A DNA stretch of 64,000 nt. Origin: Candidatus Limnocylindrales bacterium. GTDB lineage: Bacteria > Chloroflexota > Limnocylindria > Limnocylindrales > CSP1-4. The stretch covers positions 70,272-134,271 of the forward strand of contig JBEKKR010000004.1 of assembly GCA_050010635.1 (NCBI GenBank). Direction: 5' to 3'. The stretch's first letter is position 1; every line of letters starts with the position of its first letter. Both the position numbers and the translations under genes were made by a program. Shown here one piece after another: positions 58,482 through 64,000 of this stretch. Under the pieces are notes generated by a model, which saw only the letters and a program-made list of their open reading frames with translations, was not told where the DNA came from and searched no databases.

Positions 58482-59984
58482 ATGTTGGAGGTCTGGGTGC
58501 GCGTCTCGATTGGGATAGACCTGGGGTCGTCGAGGGTCAAGCTCCTGGCGCTGGACGAGGCCGGTGAGTCGCTCGGCGTGACAATGGCCTCCTACCCAAC
58601 CGAATCGCGTCAAGCCGGGTATGCCGAGCAGAACCCCGATCGCTGGTGGGACGCCCTTCGCGCGGCCATGTCCGAGATGCTGGCCCGTCCGGCCCTTCGC
58701 GGCACAAGCGTCGAAGCTATCGGGCTGAGCGGCCAGATGCACAGCGCCGTATTCCTCGATGCGAACGGGTCGGCGGTCAGGCCGGCGCTGATGTGGTCGG
58801 ACGGGCGAGCCGAGGCGGAGGCTGCCGAGATCGAGCAGCGCATCCCGCGAGCCGATCTCGTGGCCATCACCGGCAACCGCTCGAGCGTCAGCTTCACCGC
58901 GCCGAAGATCATGTGGGTCGCCCGCAACGAGCCCGAGGTCATGGCCAGGACGCGCTGGATAGTCCAGCCGAAGGATGCGCTTCGAGCACGCCTGACGGGC
59001 GAGGTGGCCAGCGATGTCTCGGATGCCTCCGCCACGCTGCTGTTCGACCTGCGAGCCCGAACCTGGTCCGACGAGGTCTGCAACCGCCTGGAGATCGATC
59101 GCGGCCGGCTGGCGCCGCTGACCGAATCGGAGGCATCGGCCGGCGCCTTGCGCGAGGACGCAGCTCGGGCGCTTGGGCTCCCGACCGGGATCGCCGTCGC
59201 CGTCGGCGGCGCCGATGCGCCCGCGGCAGCGCTCGGCCTTGGACTTGCCCGCGAGGAGGATGCCCACGGCACGGTGCTCGTCTCGTTGGGCACGGGCGGC
59301 CAGGTCCTGGCTCCGGTCACGAAGCCGATGGCCGACGTGGAGGGCCGCCTCCACGGCCTGTGCCACGTGGTTCCCGGCCAGTGGTGCGTCATGGCCGCCA
59401 CCCTGTCGGCGGCGGCCTCGCTCGATTGGATCGTGCGGCTGCTCCGTCCGGACGATCCGAACGGTGCCCGCGAGCTTCTCGCCGCAGCCGCGAAGGCGCC
59501 GGCCGGCAGTGACGGCGTCATCTTCCTGCCCTACCTCCGCGGCGAGCGGACGCCCCACTTCGACCCGGCTGCGACCGGCGCGCTGGTGGGTCTCCGGATC
59601 GGGCACGGACCCGCGGAGGTGACCCGGGCGGTCCTGGAGGGAGTGGCATTCGCCCTCGCCGAGGGCCTGGATCTCATGCGCGGCCTGGGCCTCGAGCCCA
59701 AATCCGGCGTCGTGGCCGGCGGCGGCGTCAACCGCCTGTGGCAGCAGATCATCGCCGACGTCCTCAACATGCCCGTCACGCTCGGGGCCACGGAACACGC
59801 TTCCGCCCGGGGCGCGGCGCTGCTCGGAGCCGTTGCCGCAGGCATCGCGCCGTCCACGGCCGAGTCCACGTGGCCGCTCCCCGGCGACACGCGCGTTATG
59901 GACCCGATCCCCGCCCAGGCTGCCCTCTACGCCGAGCGCTCTTCGATCTACCGCGAGCTCTACGGCCGGCTGCCGAAGGGGTAA
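58482..59984 (+). CDS. FGGY-family carbohydrate kinase (xylulokinase-like)
   Basis: IGIDLGSSRVK (actin-fold phosphate-1), GTGG.., GGGVN... Start is TTG or GTG between 58482 and 58497. Confidence 0.8.
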   Translation: MLEVWVRVSIGIDLGSSRVKLLALDEAGESLGVTMASYPTESRQAGYAEQNPDRWWDALRAAMSEMLARPALRGTSVEAIGLSGQMHSAVFLDANGSAVRPALMWSDGRAEAEAAEIEQRIPRADLVAITGNRSSVSFTAPKIMWVARNEPEVMARTRWIVQPKDALRARLTGEVASDVSDASATLLFDLRARTWSDEVCNRLEIDRGRLAPLTESEASAGALREDAARALGLPTGIAVAVGGADAPAAALGLGLAREEDAHGTVLVSLGTGGQVLAPVTKPMADVEGRLHGLCHVVPGQWCVMAATLSAAASLDWIVRLLRPDDPNGARELLAAAAKAPAGSDGVIFLPYLRGERTPHFDPAATGALVGLRIGHGPAEVTRAVLEGVAFALAEGLDLMRGLGLEPKSGVVAGGGVNRLWQQIIADVLNMPVTLGATEHASARGAALLGAVAAGIAPSTAESTWPLPGDTRVMDPIPAQAALYAERSSIYRELYGRLPKG

Positions 59985-60185
59985 GGAAGTCTGTCGGGAC
60001 CGCCTACGTTTGACCGACGGCGGGAACCTGCGCGGACTGGCCGGCCGCGTTGACCGCCGTGATCCACAGGCACATCGCGCCGCCGCCAGTGGCAAGCCCG
60101 TTGTAGATCGTCAAAGCCCGCGCGTTGGCCGCGGTCTGCCACACCATCGTCGGATTGGACTGAATGTCAGCGGGTGCGGGCCCGA

Positions 60186-60662
60186 CTATGGAACGGGAGA
60201 GCTTGCGCCGCCCGAGAGGTCAATGAGCGCCTCGTGCGCCGCGTCCAGTCGTCCAAGGAGCGCTCGGGCCACGGCAAAGTAGACCGACGCCGCGAACTCG
60301 CAATCTTGTTCGAACAGCGACCGTATCGCGGAGGCATCAACGGCCAGCGCGTGAACGTCACCGACTGCGGTCACCGTTGTCGTCGCCCGGTGCGGCGGCA
60401 CGAGGGCGGAGAGCCCGAAGACCTCGCCGACCTCTGCCGTCTCGAGCGTGACCTGGCCTCGCCCTGAGACGCCGAGCTGAAGCGCAATCCGACCGGAGGC
60501 AACGACGCCAAACCAGGCCACGCGGTCACCCTCGCGCATGATCTCGGTGCCCCCCGGGAAGGAAGTGGGGGTGGCAATGGCCAGGATCTTGCTGCGGGCC
60601 TCCCGAGGCATCGTGGCGAGCCAGCCACTGAGAACGGCATCATCCGGGTTGGTAGCAGCCAC
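60186..60662 (-). CDS. cyclic-nucleotide-binding domain protein (no DNA-binding domain)
   Basis: cNMP-binding beta-barrel (FPGGTEIMREGDRVAWFGVVASGRIAL..). GTG start 8 nt after GAGGAGG chosen. Confidence 0.6.
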   Translation of the reverse strand: MAATNPDDAVLSGWLATMPREARSKILAIATPTSFPGGTEIMREGDRVAWFGVVASGRIALQLGVSGRGQVTLETAEVGEVFGLSALVPPHRATTTVTAVGDVHALAVDASAIRSLFEQDCEFAASVYFAVARALLGRLDAAHEALIDLSGGASSPVP

Positions 60663-60852
60663 TACGACTTCCTCCTCGGTGCGAACAGTGTAGGGACTGC
60701 GACTGGCTCCCGGCAACCCTCGCCGGTCGCGGAAGGAGGGCGTAACGCAGCGGCCCTTGCGCCGCCGGCGGCGCAAGGCGCTCCTAGAGGGCTAGGTCGC
60801 GGCGATCCGAACCTGAGGCCTCCGGCGGCGCTCTGTGCCGCGGGCAGCTCGG

Positions 60853-61134
60853 TCAGACGTGCCTGTGCAGGTCCGTTTCTGGCGACGTCTCCGGCGCGTC
60901 CTGATCCCTTGGCGGCTGCTCCCAGCCCATCTCATCGGCCTCGCGTTTCGAGAGATTGAGGTACACCACCTCATGTTCGACATTGGCCACGTGAGTCGCG
61001 GGAACGTAGAGATGGCCGGCGAGACCGGCTTTCGCCGCGAGGATGTAGTTCTGGCCCACACTCTGGACCGTGCCAAAGCGGTGCCCGTCATTGCTGAGGA
61101 TCGCCCAGCCGGCCTTCAGGTCCGTCATGCGCAT
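60853..61134 (-). CDS. DUF2171 family small protein
   Basis: MRMTDLKAGWAILSNDGHRFGTVQSV..HLYVPATHVANVEHEVVYLNLSKREAD matches the DUF2171 pattern. Confidence 0.55.
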   Translation of the reverse strand: MRMTDLKAGWAILSNDGHRFGTVQSVGQNYILAAKAGLAGHLYVPATHVANVEHEVVYLNLSKREADEMGWEQPPRDQDAPETSPETDLHRHV

Positions 61135-61211
61135 GGCTCTCGGCCTCCTCGCCTCTGAGCGGCCACTCCAGCAACGGGACGGCGGCCGACCACTTCGTCG
61201 ACGAGCCTTCG

Positions 61212-62084
61212 CTAGCTGCAAACCGAATCGGCGTCCGAAGATTCGCCTTCAAGACGATTCCATATGGCGTTGATTGCGGGCAGGTCGACCTTGTTCACGG
61301 TGGTGTACTTGCCCGCGAACCAATCATCCATTCCCTTGATGTCCGCATTGTCGTACAGGATCAGGTCGTTGTAGAAGACCGAGTAGCAGTCCATGGGTGG
61401 GTGGGCACTGAGCCAACCCAGATCGGCTTGGGCATCCGCCTTCACCTTCGTCGCAGCGGCATAGGTTGTCGACCCATTGTTCGCGGCGTTCCAAGCTTGA
61501 TTGTCGGCGACCTGCTTTGCGTGCTCAGCCGTCTCATAGGCGCTGAAGACTTGCCAGGGGGTGCCAAACGGAGTTGGCACCAACGTTGGAACTGGAGTGA
61601 CGTAGACGATCTCCGGCGTAGGCGTTGGGGCCAGGGTCGGGGTCGCGGTCACCGTGGCAAGCGCGATGGCGGACGCGCCAGACGTGGCATGGGGGCCACC
61701 GGCCGAGGATAAAAGCACCACGCCCACGACGATGACTGCGACGAGCCCGATCAGGCCCAGTGCCACGTAGATGGGCATCGAGTTGCGGCGGGCGGGTGTC
61801 GGTGCGTAGCCATAGCCGGCGGGATAACCGGGGACCGGACCGTAGCCTTGAGGTTGCTGGGCTGGCGGCTGGCCGTAGCCCTGCGGCTGGCCGTAGCCCT
61901 GCGGCTGCGTGTATCCGGGAGTGAACGTGGGCGGTAACGGTGGCGGCGCAGCGGGAGAAGTCAATGAGGGCGCCTGCGTCGTGTTCATGACCCGGCCACA
62001 GGCCGGACAGAAGCTGGCACCGGCGGGGGTTTGGTTGCCACAGTTGGGGCACGTGATCTCAGCCTGGCCCGGGTTGTAGCTCAT
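61212..62084 (-). CDS. zinc-ribbon plus single-TM membrane protein with P/Q/G/Y-rich linker
   Basis: N-terminal CPNCG..CPACG zinc ribbon, QGYGQP repeats, TM helix IYVALGLIGLVAVIVVGVVLL, and an about 150-aa extracellular domain. Confidence 0.6.
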   Translation of the reverse strand: MSYNPGQAEITCPNCGNQTPAGASFCPACGRVMNTTQAPSLTSPAAPPPLPPTFTPGYTQPQGYGQPQGYGQPPAQQPQGYGPVPGYPAGYGYAPTPARRNSMPIYVALGLIGLVAVIVVGVVLLSSAGGPHATSGASAIALATVTATPTLAPTPTPEIVYVTPVPTLVPTPFGTPWQVFSAYETAEHAKQVADNQAWNAANNGSTTYAAATKVKADAQADLGWLSAHPPMDCYSVFYNDLILYDNADIKGMDDWFAGKYTTVNKVDLPAINAIWNRLEGESSDADSVCS

Positions 62085-62393
62085 GATTCGCTCCCTCGAT
62101 GTCGGACTGATGTTGGGCGCACGTGCCCCACCTCAGTACATGTGGCAGAGGGGCTGGCCGGCGGCTTGGCGCCGACCCAAGGCATACCCTCGCTCGCACC
62201 GCACGGATCGGTCTCGCCAATGGCTCGGCGCGGTCCCAACGGCCGAAGCGCGGGCCACGATTAGAAACCTTCCGTGTGGCGGCAGCGTCATCTTGGGCGG
62301 AGCGGCTGCCTAGTGCCGAAGGTCGTCGACCGGCAGCGTCCCGGCGTCACCGGCCGGGCAATGGTCGCGCCGCTGAGATCGAAGTGATACCGC

Positions 62394-64000
62394 CTACCCG
62401 TCCCTCGCCAGCTCGATGAAGCGGCAGAGGGCGTTGGCGAGTTGCATCTGGCGGGGGGTGCGGGCCCGGACGCGGATCAGGGCGGGGTTGGCGACGACGA
62501 CCGCAAGGCAGCGGGCGCGAGAAGTGGCCACGTTCAGGCGGTTCAGGCTGTAGAGAAACTCCATGCCGCGCGGCGCATCCTCCGGGCTGGAAGTGGCCAT
62601 CGAGTAGAGCGAGACCGGCGCCTCCTGGCCCTGGAACTTGTCCACCGTGCCGGCGCGGACTCCGTGGAGGGCTCGAGCGATCTCGGCCACTTGGGCGTTG
62701 TACGGGGCGACCACGAGCACGTCGTCCAGCGATAGCTCGTGGCGGCGGCCTTCGCCGTCCGTCCACGTCCCGCCAGCCGCCATCAGCTCGCCAATGAGCC
62801 CCGCGACGACAACCGCTTCCTCGGGCGAGTCGTTTCGGTTGCCCTCGTGGGTCACAGCCACGAACCGCACGCCCGTCCCGTCCAGCACGCCCGACCCCGC
62901 CAGATTCTGGTGCGCCAGCCACGGCTCCGACGCGAGGCGGCTCTCGTAGAAGGCCTCCGAGGTGAACCGGCACAGGTCCGGGTGCAGCCGCCGGGTTCGC
63001 TCGAGGAAGAGGCCCATCTCCGGCGGCATCGTCGACTTGCGGTCCAGGATGTGGCCCAGGGCCGAGGCCTCCGCGCCGGGCGGATGGGTCCCCTGCAGTG
63101 GCTGGTCGAGCTGCTGCGGATCGCCCAGAAGAACGAGGTTCCGGGCTGCCGGTGAGACTGCCACGGCATTGGCGAGCGAGAGCTGGCCGGCTTCGTCGAC
63201 CACCAGGACGTCGAGCGACTCCGCGAACTCCGGCCGCGACCACAGCCAGGCCGTGCCCCCGACCACGTTCACCTCGCCCGAACCGAGCGCGGCGAGCAGA
63301 TCGCCGTAGTCCTCGTACGGCTCGGCGGCGTCCGAGGTGCAGTCGCCCGAGCGGTCCGGCTTCTGGCCGATCCTGACCGGGACGCCGTGCTCCTCTGCCC
63401 GCTCGGCGACCGAGTCGAGCAGGTGGCCGATGACCCGATGGCTGTTGGCGGTGACACCGACCTTGCGGCCGAGCCGAACGAGTTCGACCACGACTTCCGC
63501 CCCGAGGTAGGTCTTGCCCGAACCCGGCGGGCCCTGGACCGCCAGCCAGCCGCCGTTCAACGCCGGGGCGATTCGTTGAGCGGCCTCCGAGACCGTCTCG
63601 CCGTCGCAGCAGAGTGACTCCCCCACCCCGGCGCCCGACGGCCGCCGGCCCGAGGGCCGCCGGCCCGACGGCCGCCGGCCCGACGGCCGCCGCATCAGCA
63701 GCTCGCGAGCGGCCGAGTACTCGCCCGGACTGTCGATGCCGCGATCCGCGATCCACTCCCCGATCCGCAGCAGGCTCTCCTGGAGCGGCTCCGTGCCGAC
63801 GCGGTCGAACGGAACCAGCGACGTTGGGTGGGGGCCGTCCGTCCTTGGACCGCGCTTCAAGTCCAAGGTGCAGGTCGCGTCGTCGATCGCGATCACGCTG
63901 CCGGGCGACCGGCCTGTGGCCGGGTCCCGGACGTCGGTGCCTACGTCGATGGCGTGCTCCTGCTCCGGGTAGCTGTAGCGGTAGACGACCGATCGGTCCA
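62394..64000 (-). CDS. superfamily-1 DNA helicase (AAA_11/AAA_12, possibly RecB-nuclease-fused), N-terminus beyond window edge
   Basis: Walker A GPPGSGKT, DEAGQ (Walker B), motif VI-like RLNVATSRAR. Reading frame stays open to position 64000. The track start is a GTG inside the ORF. Confidence 0.7.
   Translation of the reverse strand, partial: DRSVVYRYSYPEQEHAIDVGTDVRDPATGRSPGSVIAIDDATCTLDLKRGPRTDGPHPTSLVPFDRVGTEPLQESLLRIGEWIADRGIDSPGEYSAARELLMRRPSGRRPSGRRPSGRRPSGAGVGESLCCDGETVSEAAQRIAPALNGGWLAVQGPPGSGKTYLGAEVVVELVRLGRKVGVTANSHRVIGHLLDSVAERAEEHGVPVRIGQKPDRSGDCTSDAAEPYEDYGDLLAALGSGEVNVVGGTAWLWSRPEFAESLDVLVVDEAGQLSLANAVAVSPAARNLVLLGDPQQLDQPLQGTHPPGAEASALGHILDRKSTMPPEMGLFLERTRRLHPDLCRFTSEAFYESRLASEPWLAHQNLAGSGVLDGTGVRFVAVTHEGNRNDSPEEAVVVAGLIGELMAAGGTWTDGEGRRHELSLDDVLVVAPYNAQVAEIARALHGVRAGTVDKFQGQEAPVSLYSMATSSPEDAPRGMEFLYSLNRLNVATSRARCLAVVVANPALIRVRARTPRQMQLANALCRFIELARDG
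63633..63692. repeat. 15-nt tandem repeat x4 encoding (RRPSG)4 linker inside the helicase gene
   Basis: gcccga(c/g)ggccgccg repeated four times, seen directly. In-frame. Confidence 0.85.

Overview
High-GC (about 70%) bacterial chromosome segment, densely packed with genes on both strands. Many gene junctions overlap by ATGA, so most genes sit in operons. No rRNA, tRNA, CRISPR array, transposase or integrase was recognised. All annotation here is by eye from the six-frame track, with no database search. Most of the many long antisense ORFs in the track are artefacts of the GC content.

The clearest theme is a sulfur-trafficking and redox island (about 3.8-17.4 kb). An ArsR-type regulator precedes DsrE-like, TusA-like (CPxP) and MvhD-like genes. 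Next come two HdrA-like flavo-FeS proteins, the first carrying an inserted GltD/NfnB-like NAD(P)H module, then a small winged-helix protein. A QmoC/HdrE-like membrane di-cluster ferredoxin/cytochrome b and an anchored rhodanese close the operon. Downstream and convergent are a second rhodanese with two methyltransferases, a TauE/SafE-DUF1634 exporter pair, a second DsrE-TusA-DsrE triplet, and a paralogous ArsR with its own perfect palindrome. There is no AprAB/Sat and no HdrB/C (CCG-domain) partner. That makes this Qmo/Hdr-like complex wired to DsrE/TusA/rhodanese the best candidate for an undescribed system.

The remaining genes are, in order:
- hypEDCF plus an AmmeMemoRadiSam-type radical SAM gene, with no hydrogenase structural genes in the window.
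- A four-subunit 2-oxoacid:ferredoxin oxidoreductase (KorDABC).
- A split pyruvate:ferredoxin oxidoreductase whose N-terminal part is fused to a degenerate receiver domain, interrupted by a CBS-pair gene.
- Two tandem-duplicated 4-hydroxybutyrate-type CoA-transferases.
- A DosS/DosR-like GAF kinase and LuxR regulator with a divergent USP gene.
- GctAB-like CoA-transferase, GabT, aldehyde dehydrogenase, EtfBA, a long acyl-CoA dehydrogenase and FabI.
- Two ABC-2 transporter systems and a GbsR/MarR-like regulator with a strong upstream palindrome.
- A BNR-repeat membrane protein, GNAT, xylulokinase, a cNMP-binding protein, two DUF2171 proteins, a zinc-ribbon membrane protein, and a partial SF1 helicase running off the 3' end.
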